Notes: generated from the sequence alone by a model not told the origin. 64,000 nucleotides of DNA from Nitrosopumilus sp. (GCA_965207075.1 CBDBLO010000002.1:1184001-1248000), one strand, 5' to 3'; counted from the stretch's first letter, positions 40,998-52,886 are shown. Made by a program: numbers and translations.

Positions 40998-41630
40998 TCA
41001 CTTCCGCCTCCCGGTATCGGCTAGGGCACGCGCGAGGTCCGACAGCGAGTCCGGAAGGCATCCGCCGGGCGGCGTCCGCGGGCCGGGGGCCGGGGAGGAG
41101 GTAGGAGGGTCGTCCGGCGCGTTTGCGCGCCACATAGCATCCAGTACGTGACCGATGGCCGGAAAGCCGTCGGCCTTCTGGATGACCAGGACTTTGGCAT
41201 GGTGCGGGCTGCCGAGGGCGTGCTCCACCACCTCTTCCTCCTCGTACTGCTGGATGTAGTGGCTGCCGTCGGGGGGCGGGTCGTGGCCCAATATGCGGGC
41301 GTTCGCGCACTCCATGCAGTAGTGGTATTCGGTTTCCGTGTCGAGCATTATGAGGGTCTCCCTGCCGCCCACCGCCTCCCAGGCGCCCCCCTGCGACGCC
41401 AGGGCGGCCGCCGACCCGCCTGACACGGCGACGCCGCTGAACACCATGCTGAGCGCAGGGATGCGGTTCCGGCGGTGGAACACGACCGCGTCGGCGTTGT
41501 GCGGCTTTCCCAGCGCGTGGCTCGTCGCGTCGTAGACGCTGAGCGGCTCGCCGTCCGCGCATGCGGTGCAGAAAATATCGCACGTGCTGTCGTCGTACAG
41601 CATGAGCACGGTCTTGTATGGGGGGGCCAT
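40998..41630 (-). CDS. two-repeat C2H2-type protein related to 34625-34894
   Basis: CTAC..SHALGKPH and CMEC..EHALGSPH versus CVEC..EHAFYEPH. Confidence 0.65.
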   Translation of the reverse strand: MAPPYKTVLMLYDDSTCDIFCTACADGEPLSVYDATSHALGKPHNADAVVFHRRNRIPALSMVFSGVAVSGGSAAALASQGGAWEAVGGRETLIMLDTETEYHYCMECANARILGHDPPPDGSHYIQQYEEEEVVEHALGSPHHAKVLVIQKADGFPAIGHVLDAMWRANAPDDPPTSSPAPGPRTPPGGCLPDSLSDLARALADTGRRK

Positions 41631-44600
41631 CAGTCGGTTCCACCTCCGGCTCCGGCGGCGTCCTCCCGGCAGTGGCAGGATCCGCCGTGCTTGCACACGA
41701 CGCCGCACGCCGCGCAGTACGTGTTGCCGTCGGCGTCGGTCTGCCAGTCGCACTCGTCGCACGGTATGGAAATCTCAACGGGCGGCAGGCAGTCGGACAG
41801 CCGCTCCAGGCTGCTGCGTATCTTTGACACGTGTTCCATGATGGCGCCCTTTTTGCGCGCCTCGTCGTACGACCCGCCGATCATGCCGCCGGCCAGCGAG
41901 TCTATGCCGTCAAGGTGGGCGTGCGCGATGTTGAGCTCGCGGTCGGTGCTTGTGGTGGTGGTGGTGCCGACGGCGCTCAAAGTCTGGAAGCCTCCCTTTC
42001 CTCGTTTGTCAGGTCCCACCGCGGCCTGCCGCAGTCAGAGCAATAGTCGCCCTCGAAGCGATGGCCGCCGCGGCGTCTGCCGCACTCCGCCATGCTGCGG
42101 GATATGCGGTCGGCAGCCTCGAGGCGCCTGCGCATCTCGTCCACCGCGGCGTCCGTCTTGCCGGCGTCGCCGTCCGTGCCGGTTATCGCGCGCAGGCACT
42201 CCCGTATGGTGTCGGTCTGCTCGCCCACCAGGCGGGCCAGCGTCTTGCCGCTTGCGCGCGGGCCGTCGTCATTGTCGCCGCCGACCAGGTACTCGATGAC
42301 GCCGAGGCGGCGGTACGCCTCGGACGCCGACACGACCGTTTCGGCCATGCGCACGGACTCGGCGTTGGCGGCCGCGTCGGCGTCACTTCCGTGCGCCTCG
42401 TGCCCGCAGTGGCGGCACCTGTACGTGGGTATGTGCAGGGTCGCCGTATTGTCCGGGTGGCGCGCGTCCGTGTCGCTCATGCCCCCGCCGCCACCTCCCG
42501 GATGCGCCTGGCGTCCCCCGAGCTCAATGAGCATGGCATGCACTCGTACGAGTCACCCGCGCCGGCGGACGCGCCCGGCACGGCCAGCACGTACTCGCCG
42601 AACGCGTCGAGCGGGCGGCCGCAGGAGATGCACGCCGGATACGCGGCCGGTCCGGTTGAGCGCGAGGCCCGCCACCGGCGGAGCAAATGAATTGTAATGG
42701 GTATTATCCGCGAGGCGGACACCGCGGTGGCCGCGGGGACGTATATTCTGCGGCGGCGGCGGCAGTCCGCGCAGTGGCCGTTGACTTCCTGGAACGACCC
42801 GCGGCGGAAGGCCGACTCGTCTGCCGGGTCGGGGATGCGGTACCTGAACCCGCCGCAGCGGACGCAGGCGACCGGCGCCCGCACCACCAGTACGGCGGCA
42901 TACGCGTTGCGCACCCTCTGCAGGGCGGCCGCCTCGCGGACGTCCCGCGGGCGGGGCGGCGCACGGAGGAAACCCAGCAGGCTCATGCGGGCGCCTCCAC
43001 GTCCCTCAGGGCCAGGTGGTGGCGGACGCCGTCCCTGTCCAAGTATATGTCGCCCTGCTGCAGGACACAGAACGTCTTACATGCCCCGCATACCAGGCCG
43101 GTATCCGTGTTGCTGATCGCATAAACGTCGAAGCCGCCGCCCTCCGCGCACCCTGGGCATATGATACGTATCCCGCTGCGCGCCTTGGCCGCCTTGTCGC
43201 CGCTGCTACTCAGAGTCACGCACCTCCCTTACCATGCATGCGCTGCACCTGGCATCGTCGACTTCCTCGGGCACGACGCGTAGCGGAGTCCCGCAGTTGC
43301 GGCACTTGGCATCTATTCGCTTTACTGGCACGTTCCACCCGCGGCAGCCGCACATGGCCGCATACGTGCACGTCCTGCCTGGCTTTTTCTTGTGCGACCC
43401 CGGGCCGTGCCCGCAGCCCCGGCAGGCCGGGACTGGCGCATCGGCGGCAACGGCGGCTGACATCATTGTTGGCTGCCGCCTCCTTCGACGTTTTCGCCAC
43501 CGGCATCCGGACCGTCGTCACCGTCATTATCACCGCCCTCCTTCACGTCATACACGTAGTACATGACGGGACCGCGCGTGTACTTTGTGTAGGGGCGCGT
43601 CCCGCGGTGGTGGCGGACCAGGCCGCATTTCCCGCATACCGGGCGCTGCGTCTCCACGTTGGAGACCCACGCGTGCCCATACAAGCGGCCGGGGCGGCAG
43701 CCTGGCTCGCGGTCGCCCTTGACGATGCGGAATATACGTTCGATTGCCTCGTCGGCGTACACGCTGCCGCTTGACGGGAATACGTCGTCCAGCTGGAACG
43801 TGTCGTCAGTGGTGTCGTCATCGTCCGCTTGGCCGAACAGGGTCGCGCCTGCTGGGAGAAGGCTTCTAGGTATGATGAGGAACATGCACGTGTGGGCGTC
43901 GCGTTCGCCCCCGGGCACGCGCTCCATGAGCGCGTCAAGCCGGTCCTCGGCGTCGCGCACCGACATGTCGTACCCGAGGAGCGTGCAGCCGCCGTCCTCG
44001 TCGGCCATCAGGCAGGCGGTGCCGCCGGGCCTGTCCGGTACGGAGGTCGCGCAGTCCGCTTTGTCATCTTGCACGGCTTGCATGAGCCGGTTTTCATTTA
44101 ACCCCCCGGGCTTGTCAGGCGCCATCAGTCCTCCGGCCTCCTGAAATTGTTCCGGCCGCCGCCCGGCTTCTTCTTTGCGTCGATGTGCCCGTTTGTACGG
44201 CGCCGGCGCTGCACCATGCGGTCGGGCTTCGCCCCGGTGGAGTTCTTTACGGCCTGCGCGTGGAGCGGCAGCGTGCCGTACGTGTGCGTCGGGTTGCCAT
44301 CATTGTCGCGCGAGTCGGGGCGCCCGTCGGTGTGGCGCGTGACGTGGCACCCGCGGCGCGTGCAGTGCTCGTCGGCCTCGTAGCTGGTGCTGGTGCACCG
44401 TTTTTTGCCGGCGGCAGATGTGGGGCTTCCGCCGTCGGGGTATGTCGTGACAGATCCGTATATCGCGGTGACTGAAAAGGCGTGCCCGAAGCGGCTGGCG
44501 CACTTTGGCGGCTTGGTCATTTTTTTCGGCGGCCTGGACTGTTCGGATCCCGGCTCGGCCTTGAAGGTGGCCCGGGAGGTGGCGGCCTGGTAACTGTGCC

Positions 44601-45956
44601 GGCGGCGGTCGCGGCGGCTGCTCATGGCGGCGCGCCCCCCGTGTCGCCGACCAGTACCGACTTCTTGTCCTCGTGCTTGAGGACGAACTCGGTGCGTATG
44701 CCGGCGAACTGTATGACGAACCTGACCCTTGGCTGGGACAGCAGCCATGTGAGTTCCTCGGTCCTGTTCCTTCCGAGCCGCATGGTCATGGCGCTGTCAT
44801 GCGGACCGTCCACGCGCACGCAGGCGCGCCTGTCGCCACTCTGTTTCGCGGCCGCCGGCACCCGCCCTCCTGCGCGGCACGGGTTGCAGACCCGCCTGCC
44901 GTCCGGCGCGGTGGATACTGAGTTGGTCTTTTTCCGGCACGCGTCGCACGTGATGGTCTTGGCGCCGCCGAGCGTGCACTCGCCGGCCGGTCGCAGCGGC
45001 ATCATGGGGCGTCCCCCTCCTTCGGTTGGAACCCCGGGCAGTCGCACCCCATTGTCATGCAGTGGTGGCGGCCGCCCGCCAGCTCAAAGTGATAGCCTTC
45101 CTGGTGCCCGCACCCTTCGTTGGCGCACGTGTTCCCCTGGCACTGCTCGTGCCGTTCGCATGATATTTTGTCCGGCGCCTCCAGCACGTGGCAGTCGCAC
45201 GTGGGACACTTGGAGCCGGGGGCGTCCAGCCACATGCCGTTTATCCACGCGCCCATCAGGTCACCCTCCTTCGATCGTTGCGGGCGCACCTCTTGCAGGT
45301 GTCAGTGTAGCCGACCTGCTTGTCCAGACACTGCGAGCAGAAGGGGCCGCTGCAGATGGAGCAGTACGTGTCGCCGTCCCTGGCCCCGTTTTCTGCGTCG
45401 TGGTTTTCACAGTAGGGCATCATGCACCGGCCTCCACGTAGTCGTGCAGCCCGTCGTGGCCGCACTCGGGGTCGGAGCATGTCAGGTTGCCGCCGTCCTG
45501 CCCGGTCTTCTCGTCGGGCTCCGGGAAGTGGAGGTCGTCGCCGTTGCACTCGCCGCAACGGACCACGTATCTGCCCATCAGCAGTCCCCTCCCCCGTCGC
45601 AGTAGCACTCACGGCCGGTCGTATGGCAGCAGCAGTCGCACGCCCCGCCGTATGTGGTTCCGTTGCACAGGGTGTGCATCTTCTGCATGCAGTCGCTGGA
45701 CTTTGCCATTATTGCGCCCACGGCTCCTTTGGCAGCAGGTCGGCCACCGTCGATTCCCCGTACGGTATGTCTGGGTTGATGCCCTGGCACTCCTTGAGTG
45801 TGTATTCTGTGTTGGGCGGGCAGGGGCACGGCGGGTTCGGGAAGGGGAAGGAGTCGCCGATGCCGGTGGTCCCACGCGGAAACCAGTATCGTCCGCTGTA
45901 GTCCGAGTATTCGTAGCCGCAGTTGTCGCAGGTGGCGCGGACAAGGAAGCGGGGCA

Positions 45957-46211
45957 TCAGGAACCGACCCCCCACGACGGCCCACAGGCGACCGTGCACT
46001 GCTCGACGGCGGACGGCATGACCGCGTACGACATGGCCACGGCGAGGTCCACCGTTCCCAAGGCGGCAAATATGCAGCCGGACACGTAGTGCCTGGGGCG
46101 CAGTCGGATCAGGTAGATGTACGCGAGCGCATACATCATGGCGGACAACACGAGCAGCACGAACATGAGCGCGAGCGGCACGGCCGCTTCCGGCGTGGCC
46201 GGCCAGAGCAT
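45957..46211 (-). CDS. two-TM membrane protein, paralog of 50437-50730
   Basis: AMMYALAY..GTVD..QCxVACGP. Confidence 0.7.
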   Translation of the reverse strand: MLWPATPEAAVPLALMFVLLVLSAMMYALAYIYLIRLRPRHYVSGCIFAALGTVDLAVAMSYAVMPSAVEQCTVACGPSWGVGS

Positions 46212-47002
46212 CAGGCGAACACCTCCACGGCGTCGGCGCATATGTCGCGCGCCCTGACTGACGGGACCGTGCACTTGATGTTGTCCGGTTCCGTTATCTT
46301 CGCATAGACCATGATGTCCCTGACGGTGCGGATCTGGCTTGACGTGGCCCCTGCGGGCGCGCCGGATATTGTGATCTTTGAGTTGTATTTCTGCGCGCAG
46401 ACGACGCCGGTCTGCGCGATGTACTCCTTCACATCCACGCTGCGCCTTATGTCGAGCCCGCTCATTCTCATGGCCTCGTCGGCCATGCCGGTGTGGGCGC
46501 CAAAAACTGACGCCACAGTATAGCCGTCTTTCAGTATGAACGCCGAAAAGTCCGTGTGCGGGCCGATGTGCGTGATGTCGGTATGCAGGTCGATGCGGTC
46601 CTCCAATCTGCGGAGGTTATCCGGGTTGTAGGGGTTTGACTTTAGTGGCTTGGGCACATCCTTTGGATCTGGGTCATGCAGGTGGTTGCTCATGTGCTTC
46701 CAGACCTCGGACTCGGTGCGCGCAATCGAGCCGCGCTTGAGGCACCACGGGCATGAATACGCATACGCCTTCTTCTTCTTGCCGGCATCCTGCTTGGCCG
46801 ACTCCTCGGCCAGCATCACGCGGTAGCGGTACATCTTGTCCTTGGCCTTGTACCATTTCCTGTCATACTCTTCGTACACGCGCTCCCTGTCATCACGCGG
46901 TATCCGGCTGTCACTGGCGTGCACGCTCCCGCGCTTTGCCTCCAACTGGTCCATCTCGCGGCGAGCGGACTCGATCTTCTCGGTGATCGTTGCGGCCTTC
47001 AT
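46211..47002 (-). CDS. coiled-coil plus C2H2 finger hypothetical protein
   Basis: CPWC..HMSNH; AFILKDG..H C-terminal domain. Confidence 0.6.
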   Translation of the reverse strand: MKAATITEKIESARREMDQLEAKRGSVHASDSRIPRDDRERVYEEYDRKWYKAKDKMYRYRVMLAEESAKQDAGKKKKAYAYSCPWCLKRGSIARTESEVWKHMSNHLHDPDPKDVPKPLKSNPYNPDNLRRLEDRIDLHTDITHIGPHTDFSAFILKDGYTVASVFGAHTGMADEAMRMSGLDIRRSVDVKEYIAQTGVVCAQKYNSKITISGAPAGATSSQIRTVRDIMVYAKITEPDNIKCTVPSVRARDICADAVEVFA

Positions 47003-49938
47003 CAGTCCCCGGCCTCCGCTGACGACGTCCGCACCCTCCTGCCGGTGCTGTTGTCTATTACCGTCTTGGCCTCGTGCCCGCACATGCTGCAGGTCGCAAT
47101 GTTTGTCTGGACGTTGATCCTTGCAATGCATCCGCACTTGACGCAGGAATAGGAATGCGGCATTAGGGATACCCCTCCACCAGTCCGTGCGTCTTGCCGC
47201 GTATGAAGCGCTTGTCGGGCACGCCGTGCTTGGCGCACATCGGGTGGTCGCGCATCTGCACGGTGGGCGCCTGCCTGTCCCGCGTAAAGTACAGGCCGTC
47301 GGCCGCCTCGCCGCAGTGGTGGCAGGTCATTATCAGGTTGCCGCAGCGCCCGCAGTCGTCGCCGCGCATCGTGCACACCGGCTTGTCGCACTTGCAGGTA
47401 GCGCGGGGCATCAGTCCTCAGGCCCCCTGGTGTCCTTGAGCAGGCCGTCAAGCTCCCGCTGGACGCGCGCCGGGTCTTTCAGCATGCAGTCCATGCAGTA
47501 CGAGATGCACCTGTCGTTGCTGGAAGCGGTCATGCCCCAGTCGTCACTAATGGCGCTGTGGCAGGAGTCGCACGTGCCGATTATGCCCATCAGTCATCGG
47601 CCTCCGGTTCAGATGGGGCGACCCATCGGGTTTCGTATGGGTTTACAAGCAGGTTTGGTTCGTCCGAACTAACACATGTTCTGTGCACCTGTTCAAACAA
47701 CTCAACGAGTCCATCATCGTTGTGGTGCAGACGAACCTCCAAGTCGTCCTGCCTGATTGGCTCCCTACACACATTGCAATCTGCCATCAGTCCTTCACCC
47801 CCTCCCTGTTGCACGCGCCCTCGTGGCACGTCTCGGCGTGGCACGCGCCGGGGTCGCAGAACTCCCTGACGTACAGGCCGCACTGCCCGCACTTTGCATG
47901 GCCGCATCCGTCGTCTGACACGTGGTCGGGCGAGGCGCAGCAGCACCATTTTTGGGACATCAGAGCCCGGCCTCCCTGCGGTACATGTTCAGCATGTTCT
48001 GCTCGAACCGGGCGCGGTGCTCCATGACAAAGTGGTTGGCGAACTCGCGGGCGACTGACAGCGCGAACTCCCTGCCGCCGTGCTCGTACGCGGCGGGTAT
48101 CCAGATTGAATGGCTGACGCATTCCCGGCAGAGCGTGCCGTCGCGCGTGTACGCGTCGGTAAAGCCCCAGGGCTCGGCCACCGCGCAGGCGGCGGGCGAC
48201 TCGATCAATGCATGCTCGTGTTCCTCGCTGAGGCGCCCGGTTCCGGCGAGCCTGCCGCTCCACGCGGGGCACACCAGTTCCAGCACGGTGGCCTTTTCGG
48301 CGGCTGGCGCCAGGACGGTCGCGGTACTGGACATCAGGCCAAAACCTCCGGTTTCCTTTTAGCCTCCCGGCGGAGCGCCCTGAGTTCCTCCAGGGCCTTC
48401 CGGCAGCACTCCCTCTGGGCGGGCGTGTGCAGGTGGCGCTTTTCACGGCGGCACGGCGCGCAGACGGCGATCACGCTGCAGAACCCCTCGGGGCACCGGA
48501 AGTAGCGCAGCCTCTCCACGCCGTCGCCGGGTCGGCGGCCGCACATGTCGCAGCACCGCCGGCCGTCAAGCGTGTATATGCCGCCCATCAGGCCGGCACC
48601 CCCGGGGCCGCTGCCGCCAGCGGCTTTTCCTGCTGGCCGCCTTCGCGCGGGGCCTCTATGATATATTCGGAGTACCCAGGGCACTTGCACGGCTCGCAGT
48701 ACTTGTGCTTGTCCTCGCCGCGCCTTTGCCAGCTCAGCGGAAGGCAGTCATGTATGGTTGCCTTGCACGGGCCTTCACCGCCGTCGTGCTCGTCCTCGTC
48801 GTGGAAGCACCGGATGCAGTAATGGTCGGTCTGCGGCGCGTTGCCGAGCCCGCGTGCTTCCTGCAGTATCTCTGGATGCCCGGTCTCAACCACCCACGGC
48901 TGCCGCCTGTGGCACTCCTTGCAGGCCACGCATCCCTCGTCGCCGCACTCAAAGCTGGTGGAGTCGCAGGCGGGGTTCACGCATCCCATCCCAAACTCGC
49001 CCATCAGGCCGCCACCCCCGCCAGTACCATGACGCGCTCGCGGATTTCGTCAGAGGTTTTGCCCTCCACGTGTATCCTGCGCGCCTCCTTGCAGATCTTT
49101 CGGTGCGTATTGCCGTCGCCCTCGCGGGTGTTGATGCAGCTGGCGTAGCGGTGCTTCCCGGCCAGGCGGCAGTCCGTGCACACGGCCCACTTCTGGCACC
49201 AGTCGTAGGGGCACCGCACGCACCTTACCTCGAACGGGACGCTCCTTTCATACCGCAGTATCTTCTCGCCCGGATCCACCGCATCCGTGTACAGGGTCCA
49301 CTCGTACCCGTTGCGAAGCACCACGGGGTGGTACCCGCGCTTGGGCACGTCGCTCCTGAGAACGCGCGTGCGGCCACTGCGGCGCGTCTTGCCGCAAAAG
49401 TCGCAGCACAGCAGGCCGTCGTCGCTGTAGCAAAAACCCATTACGCCCCGGCCTCCGTCGAACCGACTTCGGGCGCCCCCGCGACGGTTGGCGCGCAGGC
49501 CATCCACCAGGACAGCTCGAACACGTGCCCGCCGCAGAACCTGCACGTGAGTCGGCGGTTTTCGTCCTCGCTGAGCGCGCCGGACTGCTCGTACTTGCCG
49601 CAGCCCTCGTTGGTGCATTTTGATACAAGCACGCGCATGAGGCGTGGCTGCTGCACGACTGTGGGCGCTTCGACGACTGACATCAGCGTCTCGCCTCCCG
49701 CCGGCAGCTGTTGCATATGCCGGCGCCGCCAAACCTGACGACGCGCCTGAGCATCTCCATGCTCTCGACTGCGCACCCCGGGCAGCCCTTCGTGGACTGC
49801 CTGCCCTGCGGCCGGACGTCGGAGCGCCGCGCCCTTTTTGGCGCTGGAAAGAACGACGCTACGCTGTATCCGGCTTCTTTTACGGCCTGCTCGACTGTCA
49901 TGCCGGGCCCGGCCAGAATAGATTTTGACATGCTTTGT

Positions 49939-49974
49939 ATAATAACCTATTATTTATAAATGTTAGGTTATTAT
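49939..49974 (-). promoter_or_regulatory. TATA box flanked by 11-bp palindromic arms (motif copy C)
   Basis: ATAATAACCTA-ttatttataaatgt-TAGGTTATTAT; ATG at 49931. Confidence 0.85.
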
Positions 49975-50294
49975 TTTGGGTGTTTTGTGATACATGCGGG
50001 CGCGGCGGCTGGAAGTTCCAGCCCGGCGCGGAGCACGTCGAGTTTGGACACGACGTTTTTGGACAGGGCGCACGCGAGGCAGTAGAATTTGTGACCGCGG
50101 CGGACCGGGACGTACGGCAGGCCAGGGCGCGCCGGTATGTTGCAGACGGCGCAGTGGTCGCACCTTATGCGCGCCATGGCGGCGTAGCGGGTAAGGTGCC
50201 CCGAATGTATGTCGGCGGCTGCCTCCCTGGCGTACCTCCGGTAGCGCGAGGCGGTGATGGCAGACATTATGCGGGGGGCGCCGGACCGGGACAT
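49971..50294 (-). CDS. divergent CAVRL-family Zn-finger protein
   Basis: CAVC..PG.PYV..FYCLACAL. Confidence 0.55.
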   Translation of the reverse strand: MSRSGAPRIMSAITASRYRRYAREAAADIHSGHLTRYAAMARIRCDHCAVCNIPARPGLPYVPVRRGHKFYCLACALSKNVVSKLDVLRAGLELPAAAPACITKHPK

Positions 50295-50436
50295 CGTGGA
50301 CGGTCTCCTGATTAATCCGGCCAGTTCCTCGCCTTCAGGGTCTTGCCGCACCTGCAGCCGCTGGCGCATACGCATGAAAGAACGTAGAAGATGCCGGCGA
50401 CTGGACGCACAGGCAATATGAGCAGGTCTGCCGCAA

Positions 50437-50730
50437 TCATGACCCGATGCCCCCGTCCAAAGGCCCGCAGGCCACCACGCACTGCCCGGCCGGCGCCTGC
50501 GGCATAACGTACATCAGGACTACCACGATGTCAACCGTCCCCATGAACGCGTACAAGGCGCCTACGATTACAAGCCTGCGGCGCGTCGATGCGCTGGCGC
50601 CCGCCCCGCCGCCCGTGCTCCTGTACATGGACAGGGCCCTGTATGCGAGCGCGTACATCATGGCCGCCAGCACGAACAGCCCGAACGTGATGGCAAGCTG
50701 GGCGGCCTCGTCGGCAGTCGGCAGCATCAT
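50437..50730 (-). CDS. two-TM membrane protein
   Basis: AMMYALAY..GTVD..QCVVACGP. Confidence 0.7.
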   Translation of the reverse strand: MMLPTADEAAQLAITFGLFVLAAMMYALAYRALSMYRSTGGGAGASASTRRRLVIVGALYAFMGTVDIVVVLMYVMPQAPAGQCVVACGPLDGGIGS

Positions 50731-51204
50731 ATGACGGAGCCCCCCACTGCCGATCCCAAATGCGTGTGACGCAACATCAGGGCGACGCCCCCACCATGAT
50801 CTGCTCCTCGATGTCCCGATGCTCCTGCCTCCAGTGCGTGAGCGCCGCGTTCAGGGCGGCCTCCTTGCACTGCCGGGCGGTGGAGCCGGTGTCCGGCAGG
50901 CTCATGACGTCGTCGTAGGCGCGGAGGACCAGGGTGCAGGAGCCGCACTCCTTGGCCTTGCGGAGCAGGCGCATGATGTAGACGGTGCCCTGCGCGGTGA
51001 GACGTGCCGGCATCAGTCTTCACCCCCGCCGAGCGTGGACACGCCGCCGTCGTAGGTGCATATGATTTTGTCGCCGTCCGGCACGTGGCCGTGCTCGCGG
51101 CACTTGCCGCAGCGGCCGCATACCAGGTTGCAGTTCTGGCAGCCCATGGGTGGTGTGCGGCGGGCTGCGTTTAAGGGGGATGCGCCGGTTCCGGGCGGGC
51201 CTGT

Positions 51205-51843
51205 TTAGGGGGCGTGCGGCGGCGTGCCGGCGGGCGGGGGATCCCCGTCCTGGGCGGTACTGGGCTGGCCGTGCTTGCGCGAGGCCGACGCTATTATTTC
51301 GCGCAGAGCCACGCCGTTCATGAGCTTGACGCCAGTGGAGGCGGCCAGGTCACGGGCGGCCTTTGTAAAGTCGTTGTTCGTGATGACCCACCCCTCGTCG
51401 GCGTTGTAGTGCTGGACGCCGGCGAACACCTGCTGGACCGCCTCGATGCCGACTGAAGATGAATAATGCTTGGCCTGGATGGCGATGCGCCTCCCCTTCT
51501 TACGCACGAGCACGTCCACCCCGTAGTCTCCGCTGGCCTGGGTGGCCTCCGACTCGTAGCCGAGGCGGGCGAACAGCGCCTCAAGGAATTTTTCAAAGGA
51601 TATGCCGTCCATGCTGTCTAGGTTCTGCACGCCCATCTCGACGAGCACCCGGGCCGCGCGGTTGCGCCGGCGCCGGCGCAGTATGAAGAAGGCGGCGAGT
51701 GACGGAACCAGTATGATTATGACGAGGAGAGCGAGTCCTGAGCTGACCTGCGTGTACGTAAACCAGAGGAGGAACAGCGCGAGCAGGACGGCGACGGCCT
51801 TGGACTTGCGCCTCTTCTTCCTCTTCTGCTCCCCTGACGCCAC
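51205..51843 (-). CDS. membrane-anchored Mrr-family restriction endonuclease
   Basis: Two N-terminal TM helices; FEKFL..GDYGVDV..IQAKHY..TNNDFT..A. Confidence 0.88.
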   Translation of the reverse strand: MASGEQKRKKRRKSKAVAVLLALFLLWFTYTQVSSGLALLVIIILVPSLAAFFILRRRRRNRAARVLVEMGVQNLDSMDGISFEKFLEALFARLGYESEATQASGDYGVDVLVRKKGRRIAIQAKHYSSSVGIEAVQQVFAGVQHYNADEGWVITNNDFTKAARDLAASTGVKLMNGVALREIIASASRKHGQPSTAQDGDPPPAGTPPHAP

Positions 51844-51928
51844 GGGCCGTATGGGCTCGGCGGCTTTTAAGCCCGCGGCGGGGTCCTGAGCTGTCGTCGT
51901 TTTTATTGGACGGCGCCGTTATACGGCC

Positions 51929-52861
51929 ATGAACTAACGTGCACGAGTTTCAGTGGACGCCCTGAGGGAGAAGATGCCCAAGCACCGCGATACGGTGTGC
52001 CTCTACGTGTTCGGCTCGCAGGCGCGCGGCGACGAGCGGCCGGACAGCGACCTTGACGTACTGCACATAGTCAACAGGTGGTGCAGCAAGTACAGCGACA
52101 CCCACTACAGCGTGGTGCGGGACATCGTACGCGATACCCCGGGCGGCGTGCAGGACGTCACGGTGCTCGTGGAGACAACGCTGACCATACAGAAGCAGGG
52201 CAACCTGTACGGCGCCGCCGAGTACGGCGCGCTGCGCGAGGGGCGCGTGATATACGGGGAGGAGAACGCGCACATGGTGCACACGTATGACATGCCCGCC
52301 GCGGAGGCCGCCCGCAGGTGGCTGTCGCGGGCGTACATGTGCATCCTGCACGGGCGCCAGATGGAGGTGGCGGCCGGACGGTTCTCCGGTCTCGACGACA
52401 TGTGGGCCAGGTCCGTGGAGTTCTCGCTTAATTCCATACTGTGCGCGGGGGGCGTGAGGTTTCCGTTCGTGCGCGGCGACCTCCGCAGGTTGCACGGGAT
52501 GCTGCCTGACGGGGAGGCGGTAGTGGACATCGGCGACGGCGTGGCGCCCGGAAGGCGCGACGCCGAGCGCGTGTACGGGCAGGTCCGGGAGCTCCTGGGG
52601 GACGGCGTTCAGGAGACGTTTGCCATGGACGACGGCCTGTGGGACACGTCAAGCATACTGACGGGAATTGCAGACTTGGAGCTGCTGCGGTCAGTTCCGG
52701 CCGACCGGCTGCGGTCGGTACTGGACGAGAGGATCAGGATACTGCGCGGGAGGCTCGAACTGCTGACCGGGATTGCAGACGGCGTAGTGGTAAGGCCTGC
52801 GGGCCGGGCGGCCGGCGGTGAGTGTCCACCTGGACCGCGTGGGACTGCCCGACTCCTTTAA
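51929..52861 (+). pseudogene. MNT-HEPN-like fusion copy 1 with TAA at codon 3 (open from GTG 51953)
   Basis: ATG AAC TAA CGT GCA CGA GTT TCA GTG aligns with MNQQAKVSV of copy 2; FGSQARGD..DSDLD. Confidence 0.6.
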
Positions 52862-52886
52862 AACACCACGCGTGTATACCAACAAG

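Larger units (their letters stand above)
33881..49931 (-). other. 16-kb co-oriented array of roughly 50 small coupled CDS, mostly Cys/His-rich
   Basis: Nearly continuous TGATG/ATGA/TAATG overlaps with embedded GGAGG; no long intergenic gap seen. Confidence 0.75.

Noticed and set aside
51929-51955. Alternative genetic code with TAA read-through
   Set aside because: Single instance; TAA ends other genes normally and no suppressor tRNA is present
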